DNA from: Roseibacillus sp.
GTDB lineage: Bacteria; Verrucomicrobiota; Verrucomicrobiia; Verrucomicrobiales; Akkermansiaceae
Direction: 5' to 3'
Assembly (NCBI GenBank): GCA_051251855.1
Contig: JBPOGI010000001.1
Span: 1-64,000, forward strand
DNA: 64,000 nt
Part shown: positions 29,871-39,007 of the stretch, piece after piece
How positions within the stretch are numbered: the first letter of the stretch is position 1
Layout: every line of letters begins with the position of its first letter
Position numbers and translations under genes: made by a program
Notes under the pieces: model-generated
The model's input: only the letters and a program-made list of their open reading frames with translations
The model's database searches: none
What the model was told of the DNA's origin: nothing

Positions 29871-30488
29871 TTAGATCCGGATGATGCCGCGCTTGAGGGA
29901 AGCGGAAACGGCTTCGGCGCGGTCGTGGACATCGAGCTTGAGGAAGAGGGACTTCATGTGGGATTTGACGGTCTCTTCCGAGATGAACATTGCGGAGGCT
30001 AACTCCTTGTTGGATCGTCCCTTGGCAACGAGCCGGAGCACGTCGAGTTCACGGGGAGAAAGGGAGGGGCGGACCAGTCGGTCGGCCAGACGGGAGGCAA
30101 TGGCTGGTGGCAGGTAGCGTTCGCCTTCATGGACTTGTCGCACTGCTTGCACGAGCTCTTCGGTGGTGGTGTCCTTCAGTAAGTATCCGCGTGCTCCAGC
30201 CTCAAGGGCGCGGAAAATATCCTCCTCGTTGTCAAAGGTGGTGAGGATGAGAACCTTGCTGTTGGGGTCGCGCTCGCGCAGACTTTTGATGACATGAATG
30301 CCTCCTCCCTCGGGCATGCGAACATCGACGACGTAGACGTCAGCTTCGATTTCGGATTCAAGAGTCTCGCGACCACTGCCGGCTTCGCCAACGACCTTGA
30401 AGTCTGATTGGCTGTTGAGAATGGCGGCGAGACCCGCGCGAAGCGGGGGATGATCGTCGGCAAGAAAGACTCGGATGTGGCGTTTCAT
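29871..30488 (-). CDS. NarL/LuxR-family response regulator
   Basis: ADDHP, DVRMP, GYLLKD; HTH LSPRELDVL..GRSNKE..ISEETVKSH. Confidence 0.95.
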   Translation of the reverse strand: MKRHIRVFLADDHPPLRAGLAAILNSQSDFKVVGEAGSGRETLESEIEADVYVVDVRMPEGGGIHVIKSLRERDPNSKVLILTTFDNEEDIFRALEAGARGYLLKDTTTEELVQAVRQVHEGERYLPPAIASRLADRLVRPSLSPRELDVLRLVAKGRSNKELASAMFISEETVKSHMKSLFLKLDVHDRAEAVSASLKRGIIRI

Positions 30489-32524
30489 AGAGGTAGAGTG
30501 ACAGAGACTTCGGTCCCTTCGTTCAGTTGGCTATCGATGGAGAGGCTACCATCGAGGGCGTCAACACGTTCGTGCATTCCCGTGAGGCCATAGCCTTTTT
30601 TGACTCGATCGGCGACATCAAAACCGCGTCCGTCGTCCTTCACTGTGAGTGTGATCCAGCCTTCACCAAAGCGAAGACGGACCTCAATGCGTTGAGGGTC
30701 TGCATGGCGGACCGCGTTCGTCAAAGCTTCTTGGCCAATCCGAAGGAGGGCTTCCTCATGCTCGCGAGGGAGAGGGCAGGGGGTGCCTTCAATTTGTTGG
30801 TGGCAGGACATCTCGGTGTCGCGGGTGAAGTCTTGGGCATACTTCTGCAGAGCGCTAGCAAGGTCGGCTTCTCCGAGGGCAAGTGGTCTTAGATTCCAGA
30901 CCGTGCGGCGAGCCTCTCGCAGGCTGTCTCGGATAAGTTCTCGCGCTGTTTCCAAGTGCTCTCGTGCTTTGACCGGGGAATCGGGAAGTCGGTCTTTGAT
31001 ACACTCGAGTTGCAGAGAGACCGAGGTCAGTCCCTGGGCCAAAGAGTCATGGATTTCGCGGGCGAATCTTCCGCGCTCGGCAAGAACGGCTTCAAACGAT
31101 TTTTGTTGGGAAGCGAGCTTTCGCTTCCGCTGGAGTCTTCCTCGCTGGTAAACGATCGCCATCATGGAAAGAACAACTAAGAAGAGCCAAAAAACGCGTT
31201 GAGGGGTCCACCATGGAGGGGGCCTGATTAACTCCACGTCGGCGGCAGAGCGAAGGCGAAGGAGAAGTTTGTCCTCTTCGAGCAAGGGTGAGAAGGCTCC
31301 TGCAGTGGTGATTTGAGCAATGCCGGTGACCCGCAACTGAGAGCCGGGCAAAAGATTGGAGGGAGGCTCATCTGACCTGTCGAGCCATCCGCGAAAAACG
31401 ACGGAGCCATTGCGCAGCTCGAAGGTGGTTCCATCGGCTCCTTGAAAGGTGTTGAGTAGTTCTGCTTCGCAGGCGACCAATTCGGACTCAAAGCGTGAAC
31501 TGAGGAATTCGTTCGGATGATTTTCTAAAGGGACGGGGAGCTCCTCTTTACCAACAACAGAGATGTCTGAGGCACGTACGAACGGCTTCATGGTACCCTC
31601 CCGCGGCCAGCCTTCCACTCGGACAACCGAACCGATCTCCATCTCTTTACTTCGGGCTGTCTGAACCCAAAGGCCTCCTCCATTGGCTCTGAGAAAAAGT
31701 CCCTTTCCGGGCATGTTGAAGGTGACCACTCCGTTGATCACAACGAGGTCATTCGGTCCTGGTCCATCAAGTCTGAGGAGCTGATCGGGGCTCACCAGAC
31801 GGGCCTCTCGACCGGTTGTGAGAGGATCGATTGCAACAATGTCTTCTGGAGAGTTCACCCTCAGAAAGCGACGCGTCATCTGCCGATTGGTGTTGAAAAT
31901 GGTGGCCACCACGCCGTGGACTCGGACTCGGCGTTTGAGCAGATCCCATGGGATTTGTTTCGGGGTCAAGGGCCCTGCAATTTGGAGATGGAAATCACAG
32001 GGACCTGCCCGGCATTCAAAGACTAAACTGCTATTTTGAAAAGAGATCTCGACAACTTCAGCCTCGACGCTGACCCAATCGCAATCGCGATCGGGTTGGG
32101 AGAGTTCTCCTCCGTCCACGAGACGAGGAGAGGGAAGAGCCCCTTTTCCTAGGATGGTAATTTGGGGATTTGAGCGACCTTTCCCACTGATAACGGGAGA
32201 AAAGATTCCGTCGGAGGTTGCTCCGTAGACTTCGATTCGGTCACCCGGTTCGGGCCAGACAGAAGAGGCCCTCTGAGGTTGCTCGATGAAGATTCCTGCT
32301 TCACCATCGTGGATAAAAAGGGTGGCGATCTGCTCGTCTGCGAAAGTGACGATCCCGCTAACTTGAACGAGGAATTCTTGAACAACTTCTGTCGCGGTGA
32401 GATTTCGAATCTCGGTAATGGTGGTCAACGTTCTCTCTTCGGCACCGGTGGGCTGGGCTGCCACGATTGCGAGGGCAAGCAGCGAGATTCCTACCTTTGA
32501 AGTTGCTCGAATCTTCAGCGCCAT
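30485..32524 (-). CDS. NarX-type (HisKA_3) sensor histidine kinase with large periplasmic domain
   Basis: ERGRFAREIHDSLAQ, QEALTNAVRHA, DDGRGF, GLTGMHER; 4-nt overlap with the regulator. Confidence 0.93.
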   Translation of the reverse strand: MALKIRATSKVGISLLALAIVAAQPTGAEERTLTTITEIRNLTATEVVQEFLVQVSGIVTFADEQIATLFIHDGEAGIFIEQPQRASSVWPEPGDRIEVYGATSDGIFSPVISGKGRSNPQITILGKGALPSPRLVDGGELSQPDRDCDWVSVEAEVVEISFQNSSLVFECRAGPCDFHLQIAGPLTPKQIPWDLLKRRVRVHGVVATIFNTNRQMTRRFLRVNSPEDIVAIDPLTTGREARLVSPDQLLRLDGPGPNDLVVINGVVTFNMPGKGLFLRANGGGLWVQTARSKEMEIGSVVRVEGWPREGTMKPFVRASDISVVGKEELPVPLENHPNEFLSSRFESELVACEAELLNTFQGADGTTFELRNGSVVFRGWLDRSDEPPSNLLPGSQLRVTGIAQITTAGAFSPLLEEDKLLLRLRSAADVELIRPPPWWTPQRVFWLFLVVLSMMAIVYQRGRLQRKRKLASQQKSFEAVLAERGRFAREIHDSLAQGLTSVSLQLECIKDRLPDSPVKAREHLETARELIRDSLREARRTVWNLRPLALGEADLASALQKYAQDFTRDTEMSCHQQIEGTPCPLPREHEEALLRIGQEALTNAVRHADPQRIEVRLRFGEGWITLTVKDDGRGFDVADRVKKGYGLTGMHERVDALDGSLSIDSQLNEGTEVSVTLPL

Positions 32525-32579
32525 AGCAAATGATAGCGCTCTGGCGTTTTCAAATCCAGCCTGACTATTTGCAACGATT

Positions 32580-34496
32580 TCATTCGTAAGTGAGACCGAA
32601 GCCGAGCGGGAAAAGGGAAGCGCTCGTGCTGCTGTTGTCGTGTCCTAGCGGAACCTGCTCCATGGACTGGGGCCAAGAGAAAGACAGCTTCCCGGTGGGG
32701 CTGTGAGTTCCGAAGAGGATATCCGCGACACCGGTTCCTTCGGTTCCTGGAAGCCATGCCGCGATGATGGCATCCGCTTTTCCGAGGGATTTGCCCAAGA
32801 TGAGAGGACGTCCCGAGAGAATCAAGAGGACCACGGGAACACCGGCGGACTCGGCTTCAGATAATACTGAGAGGTCTTCTTTCGCGAGAGACAGGTTCGC
32901 CTGATCGCCTTCCATCTCGGCATAGGGAGTCTCTCCGACGACCACCACAACGACATCCGCTTCCTCGGCTCCAGAACCGTCGGGACTGTGGGTCACCTTC
33001 GTGTCCGCGCCCGCAGCTGATTGGATTGCGCAAAAGATGGTCGTGCCACCGGGGGTGAGGGCTCCGCGTTTGCCCTGCCAGTCGATGGTCCAGCCCCCGC
33101 ATTGCATCCCAAGGTCATCAGCTCCTCGGCCAGTGACGTGTATGTGGGAGGCTTGGCTTGATAAGGGGAGCGCTCCGCCTTCGTTCTTGAGGAGGACTAG
33201 CGAGCGGCGCACGGCTTCGCGGGCCACTTCTCGGTGTGCCGTGGAGCCGAAGTCAGCAGCGAGGTTAGGATCTGCCATCAGAGCGGCATTCGAGTCCATC
33301 ATACCCATGACTAATTTCACGCGCAGTATCCGAGTGACCGCGTCATCGATTCGTGAGAGAGGCACTTTGCCTTCCTCGACGAGTTCTTGCAGGAGACGGA
33401 TGTATTCGCGGTAGTTGCTCGTCACCATGACCATGTCCACACCGGCGTTGATGGCGAGCTCAATGCATTTTTTATAATCCGGGGTCGAGATTTGGCCGGA
33501 GGCGTTGTTGCTGACGAGGAGAACGCCTTCCTCGGTTGGGGGAACGAGTTGGTCGATGGCGTTGTAGTCGGAAATCACAAAGCCTTCAAAGCCGAGTTCG
33601 TCTTTGAGGATATCTGTGAGAAGACGTTTGCTGCCGGTGCATTTCTCACCATTCCAGCTGCTATAGGAGGGCATGACGGTGCCGACTCCTGCATCGATTG
33701 CCAGGGGGTAGCCCGCCATATGGATGGTTCGCATTTCGTCTTCAGTAATGCGTGCGTCGCCTTGATCAAGGAGGCCTTTGCCAGCGGCGGTCTTGAAGGC
33801 GGTGCCGCCATCTCCTACAAAGTGCTTGGCGCAAGCGAGGACGTTTTCCCGCCCGGTGATTCGTTGGCCTTGTAACCCTCTTAGAAGAGCTTCGCCCAAA
33901 GTGGCAACGATAGTGGGGTCTTCGGAATACCCTTCGTAGGTTCGGCCCCAACGAATATCGCGTGGCACAGCGACGCAGGGGGCAAAGGCCCATTGAATCC
34001 CGGTGGCTCGCGTTTCTCGCGCAGTGACTTGACCAATTTTTTCGATGAGCGCGGGATCGCCAGTGCAACCTAAGCCAATATTGTGAGGAAAGATGACTGC
34101 GCCGAGGACGTTGCTATTTCCATGCACTGCATCAATTCCGAACAGGAGAGGAACCTGAAGACGGGTGCTCAGGGCTTTTTGTTGGGCTCCTTCGTAGAGG
34201 TCGGTCCAGTTTTGGAGGCTGTTTCCTGAGTCTGGGTCGGAGCCTCCTCCGCAGAGGATGGAGCCGAGAAATAGGTTATGAATGTCTTCGGGATCCTTGA
34301 TAGCTTGCCAGTCGGGCTGGGTCATTTGGCCGACTTTTTCTGCAAGAGTCATCTTTGCGACGAGGGCACGGGCTTCCGCATCGCGAGCGGTGAGCCATTC
34401 CGGCGAGGCGGCTGGCGATGCACTCGGCAAAACGACAAATAGGAAGGTCGTTTTCCAAAGGAGTGCTGCGGAATACGTAAAAAGATCTCGTTTCAT
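32580..34496 (-). CDS. GH3 beta-glucosidase / exo-beta-glucanase
   Basis: [44 protein letters not shown]; start set at MKRDLF (34601 alternative). Confidence 0.93.
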   Translation of the reverse strand: MKRDLFTYSAALLWKTTFLFVVLPSASPAASPEWLTARDAEARALVAKMTLAEKVGQMTQPDWQAIKDPEDIHNLFLGSILCGGGSDPDSGNSLQNWTDLYEGAQQKALSTRLQVPLLFGIDAVHGNSNVLGAVIFPHNIGLGCTGDPALIEKIGQVTARETRATGIQWAFAPCVAVPRDIRWGRTYEGYSEDPTIVATLGEALLRGLQGQRITGRENVLACAKHFVGDGGTAFKTAAGKGLLDQGDARITEDEMRTIHMAGYPLAIDAGVGTVMPSYSSWNGEKCTGSKRLLTDILKDELGFEGFVISDYNAIDQLVPPTEEGVLLVSNNASGQISTPDYKKCIELAINAGVDMVMVTSNYREYIRLLQELVEEGKVPLSRIDDAVTRILRVKLVMGMMDSNAALMADPNLAADFGSTAHREVAREAVRRSLVLLKNEGGALPLSSQASHIHVTGRGADDLGMQCGGWTIDWQGKRGALTPGGTTIFCAIQSAAGADTKVTHSPDGSGAEEADVVVVVVGETPYAEMEGDQANLSLAKEDLSVLSEAESAGVPVVLLILSGRPLILGKSLGKADAIIAAWLPGTEGTGVADILFGTHSPTGKLSFSWPQSMEQVPLGHDNSSTSASLFPLGFGLTYE

Positions 34497-34733
34497 GTAT
34501 GGTTTGAAAAAGTCTGTCCGCAGACGTAAGCCGCGCCAGAGGGGAATCATCTTCATCGTTTTTGGTTGTTTCCTGCTATCCCCCGTCTGAGTGATTCTCA
34601 AATGCCTATGTTGAGAGATTTGCGCCTCATCTGATGTCTTGAAGCGAGAGAGTAGGGCTCAGCGGGGTCACGAAGTTCGTCAAAGAAAGTAATAGGCTTT
34701 GCGGGAACGGCCGAAGTTCGTTTCACTGGGGGG

Positions 34734-35540
34734 GTGAGGATTTTGGGATTGATGGCAGGAAAGGGGATTTATCCTCAGACTTTCGTAGCAGGTGCTCGCA
34801 AGCAGGCGGAACCGGTGCGTTTGGCAACGATTGGTTTCACGGGAGAGACGGACCCAGCGTTCGAGGCTGAGGTGGATGTGATGGAGTGGGTCAAAGTGGG
34901 GCAGCTGGGGAAGATCATTAAGTTCTTCAAAAAGGAGGGAGTGACCGAAATCGTGATGGTGGGGCAGATTACCCCCAAGAATCTCTTCGAGTTTCGGCCC
35001 GATTTGCGGATTACGATGGCGATGGCAAAGCTGAAGACCCGCAATGCCGAAACGCTGTTTGGGGCGTTGTCGGATGAGTTTTCGAAGGATGGCATCACTG
35101 TTTTGCCGGCGACGACCTTTTTGGACCATCTTTTGCCGCCGGAAGGGCCGGTGTTGGGACGGGCACTAGGGGAGGATGAGTTGGAGGCGGCGCGTTATGG
35201 GTTCGGGATCGCGAAAGAGACCAGTCGCATGGATATCGGGCAAAGTGTGGTGGTGCGCGAGGGGACGGTGCTGGCGGTGGAGGCTTTTGAGGGGACGAAT
35301 GAGTGTGTGCGGCGCGGGGGGGCTTTGGGTAAGGGGAAGAAGGTGATTTTGGCGAAGGTGTCGAAGCCGAATCAGGATATGCGCTTTGATGTTCCGGTGA
35401 TTGGGCCGGATACGATTCGGGTTTGTGCGGAGGCGGGGGTGAGTGGGATTGCGATTGAGGCGAAGAAGACGCTCATTCTGGGGTGGGAAGAGGCGGAGGT
35501 GTTGGCGAAGAAGTTGAAGGTGGGAGTTGTGGCTTTGTAG
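34734..35540 (+). CDS. lpxI: UDP-2,3-diacylglucosamine diphosphatase LpxI
   Basis: GLMAGKG..P, DIGQSVVV...VLAVEAFEGT, KPNQDMRFDVPVIG. Confidence 0.9.
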   Translation: MRILGLMAGKGIYPQTFVAGARKQAEPVRLATIGFTGETDPAFEAEVDVMEWVKVGQLGKIIKFFKKEGVTEIVMVGQITPKNLFEFRPDLRITMAMAKLKTRNAETLFGALSDEFSKDGITVLPATTFLDHLLPPEGPVLGRALGEDELEAARYGFGIAKETSRMDIGQSVVVREGTVLAVEAFEGTNECVRRGGALGKGKKVILAKVSKPNQDMRFDVPVIGPDTIRVCAEAGVSGIAIEAKKTLILGWEEAEVLAKKLKVGVVAL

Positions 35541-35726
35541 GGGAGGGAGAATCGGGGTTGGATTTTTTCAACGCAGAGTCGCAGAGGACGCGGAGTGAAC
35601 ACAGAGGACGGTTCGGTCCGGATTTTGAGTCTTTTAGAGAGGGGTCGAACCGGTGTGATCAGATTGTTAGCGGTGGGATGATCTATTGGGGTATGAGTGA
35701 TGGTGTTATAGACGTGCTATTAGATT

Positions 35727-35756
35727 TTGACCGCGAAACTTGCGAAAATGGCGAAA
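35727..35756 (+). repeat. Dispersed 9-nt-period repeat unit
   Basis: ttgaccgcgaaacttgcgaaaatggcgaaa; 27/30 to the reverse complement of 20616-20645. Confidence 0.65.
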
Positions 35757-35914
35757 CTCAAGCTCTGTGCCTTTTTCGTCGCTGAGTTGGTGACAACTCG
35801 GGCTACTAGCTAGAGAGGACGTCTGCTCAGCCCCCTTTGTTACCAAAGCAGCTACGAAAAAAGGGGTCGGTTGCCGGGTCTTGTGGTTTTGAAGAGAGGC
35901 GTTAATCTCTCGAC

Positions 35915-36640
35915 ATGGACCACTACGACCGGCGTCATTTTATTAAGACTTCGATCCCGGGTTTTTTGGGGTTGGGGATGGCGTTGCCACAGTTGACGGC
36001 TTTTGCGACGCGGGCGAATGCGTGTCAGGGGCGGTTGCCGGCGAGTGGGGCGATTAATTGGGATGCCTTTTTGGAGGGGGTTGCCAAGGAAGCGGCGAAG
36101 CAGCATCTGGATGATTGGAATGAGATGGCTTATGTGGAAGAGGCGGGGAAGTTGGCCAAGCGGCTGAATTTAAAAGACCCTGTTTTGGCGGAGGCTTTTA
36201 AAGAGGCGCAGAAGGGAATTGGAAATGGACGGATTGATTTTGACCGACTGGAAAAACAGCGGGATTTTCAGGTGACGATGCTGCAGTTCGAAAAGGAGGA
36301 GTCGATTGACCATCACAATCACCCGGAAATGACGGGGGTGATTCTCTGTGCGTCGGGTGAGATTGAGGTGTGGAATTATGATTTGATGGGGCAGAAGGCG
36401 GAGAAGGAGAGTGTGCTCCTGGAAGAGACGGGGCACGAGATGCTCAAGAAGGGGAAGGTTTCGACGCTGACGTCAAAGGCGCGCAATATTCATAACTTGC
36501 GAGCGAAGGAGTTGACGCAGCTGGTGGATATCTTTGCGCCTCCTTACGATAAGGAGAGGATTGAGAAGAGCACTTGGTTTGATGTCGATCCGGAGCCGTT
36601 TGAGGGCGAGGGAAAGATTCACCTCGCGACGATGCGGTAG
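35915..36640 (+). CDS. Tat-exported cupin, PCO/ADO-like thiol dioxygenase candidate
   Basis: Tat motif DRRHFIK + hydrophobic h-region; HNHPEM, NIH and DIFAPPYD motifs. Confidence 0.7.
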   Translation: MDHYDRRHFIKTSIPGFLGLGMALPQLTAFATRANACQGRLPASGAINWDAFLEGVAKEAAKQHLDDWNEMAYVEEAGKLAKRLNLKDPVLAEAFKEAQKGIGNGRIDFDRLEKQRDFQVTMLQFEKEESIDHHNHPEMTGVILCASGEIEVWNYDLMGQKAEKESVLLEETGHEMLKKGKVSTLTSKARNIHNLRAKELTQLVDIFAPPYDKERIEKSTWFDVDPEPFEGEGKIHLATMR

Positions 36641-36670
36641 CGTGGCTTTGTCTGGCAGGCTGATGGACAT

Positions 36671-36702
36671 AAAAAAGCCCCTTGCGGAGAGCGAAGAGGC
36701 TT
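36671..36702 (-). terminator. Terminator for cyn operon (possibly bidirectional)
   Basis: aagccccttgc/gcgaagaggctt imperfect stem with A6 on the + strand (U6 on the minus strand). Confidence 0.55.
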
Positions 36703-36732
36703 GTGTGAATTGTGAGAGATGTTCGGTGGCGG

Positions 36733-37176
36733 TTACCACTTTTTATAGGGAAGGAACTTGCCGTTCATGGTGACGACCACGCGGTCTCCTTTGGGATTTT
36801 CTTCCTTGTCGACATCCATGGTGAAGTCGATGGCGCTCATGATGCCGTCGCCGAACTTTTCGTGGATGACTTCTTTGAGAGCACCGCCATAGACGTAGGC
36901 GATTTCGTAGAGGCGATAGATGAGAGGATCCTTGGAGACGAGGTCGATGTCGGTGGCCTTCATGGGATATTCGCTGAGGGCGGTTTTGACTTCTGGTCCC
37001 AGTCCGAGGAAGTCGGTGAGCTTGCCCGCATCTTCGGGGACGAGGCTGTTCTGGCCCAAGACGACAGAGGTGGTGAAGACGTCAGAGAGTCCGACCGCAG
37101 CTGCGATTTCTCCCCAACTCACTCCCTTGGCTTTCTTGGCAGTGATGATTTCTTCGGTCATTTCTAATTTGGTCAT
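36733..37176 (-). CDS. cynS: Cyanase (cyanate hydratase)
   Basis: DPLIYRLYE, IHEKFGDGIMSAIDF, GKFLPY. Confidence 0.97.
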   Translation of the reverse strand: MTKLEMTEEIITAKKAKGVSWGEIAAAVGLSDVFTTSVVLGQNSLVPEDAGKLTDFLGLGPEVKTALSEYPMKATDIDLVSKDPLIYRLYEIAYVYGGALKEVIHEKFGDGIMSAIDFTMDVDKEENPKGDRVVVTMNGKFLPYKKW

Positions 37177-37208
37177 GTCTTTTGTTGGTTAAGTTTGAGT
37201 TGTGTTTA

Positions 37209-38048
37209 TTAGGTGGTTTCGGTGAGAACTTTTTTCGGTTTTTGGGCATCCATAGGAGCCTTCTTACCGCTGACGAGGAACTTGAGAATGTGAGCGCGAA
37301 TCTGGCTGTATTCGGGGTCTTCGATGAGCTCGGCGCGGATGCGGGGACGGGGGATGGAGATGTCGACGATTTCGGCGAGTTCGGCTTCGGGGCCATTGCT
37401 CATCATCGCGATGCGGTTGGAGAGAAGGATGGCTTCATCGACATCGTGGGTGACCATGAAGACGGTGCTGTTGGTCGCCTCCCACATCCGGAGCAATTCT
37501 TCCTGAATGGAGCCTCGGGTGAGGGCATCGATTTGAGCGAAGGGTTCGTCTAGGAGGAGGATTTTGGGTTCAGCGGCGAAGGCTCGCGCGAGACCAACCC
37601 GTTGGCGCATTCCGCCGGAGAGCATGGAGGGGCGACGATTGGCGGCGGACTCCAGATTCATCATTTGGAGATACTTCATGGTCCATTCCTTGACCTCGCT
37701 CTTGTTCCATTGCTTGTGGCTCTGTTTGACAGCCATAGCGACGTTCTGGAAAGCGGTGGCCCAGGGCATGAGGGCGAAGTTCTGGAAGACCACCATGCGA
37801 TCAAGCCCGGGCTTGGTGGTTTGCTTGCCATCGAGAATAATGCCGCCCTTGGTGGCATCGTCGAAGCCGGCCATGATGTTGAGGAGGGTGCTTTTTCCGC
37901 AACCCGAGTGGCCAATCATGGAGACGAATTCTCCCTTCTCGATTTGAAAGTTAACGTCTTTGAAGACGACGAATTCGTCTCCTTTTTTGGCTCCGGGTTC
38001 GAGGGAGGGGTATATCTTGGTGACGTGATCGACTGAGAGGTAGGACAT
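37209..38048 (-). CDS. Cyanate/nitrate ABC transporter ATP-binding protein (CynD/NrtD-like)
   Basis: GHSGCGKST, LSGGMRQR, LLLDEPF, VTHDVDEA. Confidence 0.9.
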   Translation of the reverse strand: MSYLSVDHVTKIYPSLEPGAKKGDEFVVFKDVNFQIEKGEFVSMIGHSGCGKSTLLNIMAGFDDATKGGIILDGKQTTKPGLDRMVVFQNFALMPWATAFQNVAMAVKQSHKQWNKSEVKEWTMKYLQMMNLESAANRRPSMLSGGMRQRVGLARAFAAEPKILLLDEPFAQIDALTRGSIQEELLRMWEATNSTVFMVTHDVDEAILLSNRIAMMSNGPEAELAEIVDISIPRPRIRAELIEDPEYSQIRAHILKFLVSGKKAPMDAQKPKKVLTETT

Positions 38049-38075
38049 GGTAAAAGGTAGGGTGTGAGCTTGGGA

Positions 38076-38975
38076 TTAGGCTTCCGAGTAAGTGAATCTT
38101 TGCGCGAGTTTTGAGAGGCCGAAGTCGAGGAGGAAGCCGACGAACCCTACGACGACGATGGCGAAAATGACGCCTGCGATATCGAGGTTATTCCACTCGA
38201 TCCAGCTGAGGTAGCCAACGCCGAGCTCACCTAGAAGCATTTCGGCGGGGACAACAGCCACAAGGGCGCTGCCAAAGGAAATTCGGAGGCCAGCGAAGAT
38301 GGCTGGTGCGGAAGCGGGCAGGATGACGCTCCAAAAGCGTTGAAACCAACCCATCTCGACCATCTCCGAAACTCGAAGGTAGTCTTTCTTAATATTGGAG
38401 ACCCCGAAAGCGGTGTTGGCCATGGTGGGCCAAAGGGAGGCCATGAAAACCACGAGAACCGAGGTCGTGAAGGGATCCTTCACGGTGTAAAGCAGGAGAG
38501 GCATCCAAGCGAGCGGCGACACGGGCTTGAGAAGCTGAATGAAAGGATTCAAGGCCGTAAAGAGGACCTTGGACATTCCAATCAGCATTCCCAAGAGGAT
38601 CGCGAGCACCGACGCTAGAAGGAAACCTGTCAGAAAACGCTTGAGAGTGTAAGCGACTAGTAGCCCGATGCCGTGGTCGTTAGTTCCGACCTTGGTGAAG
38701 GGATCCTTCATCTCGGTGACTCCCTTTTCCCAGACTTTGCCCGGACCGGGGATGGTCTGGGTTTTGTCGGGATTGTTGATGTAGCTGCCAGCGTCATCAC
38801 GAATGATGTCACCGTTCATCTCCGCCATCATGAGGTCCTCCTCCGACATCCCAGTAGGGTCGAAGGGGGGGACACGAGTGAGGGAAGACCACACCAACAG
38901 GAAGACGAGGAGAATGGCGACCGAAATCAGATACGGCGCGAACTTCTCTCCCGAGAATTGAATCTTGCGAGGCAT
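38076..38975 (-). CDS. Cyanate/nitrate ABC transporter permease (CynB/NrtB-like)
   Basis: NDHGIG, PFIQLLKPVSPLAWMP, WPTMANTAFGV. Confidence 0.9.
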   Translation of the reverse strand: MPRKIQFSGEKFAPYLISVAILLVFLLVWSSLTRVPPFDPTGMSEEDLMMAEMNGDIIRDDAGSYINNPDKTQTIPGPGKVWEKGVTEMKDPFTKVGTNDHGIGLLVAYTLKRFLTGFLLASVLAILLGMLIGMSKVLFTALNPFIQLLKPVSPLAWMPLLLYTVKDPFTTSVLVVFMASLWPTMANTAFGVSNIKKDYLRVSEMVEMGWFQRFWSVILPASAPAIFAGLRISFGSALVAVVPAEMLLGELGVGYLSWIEWNNLDIAGVIFAIVVVGFVGFLLDFGLSKLAQRFTYSEA

Positions 38976-39007
38976 AATAGCTTACAGAGTTTCTTAAGCT
39001 TTGAGGA

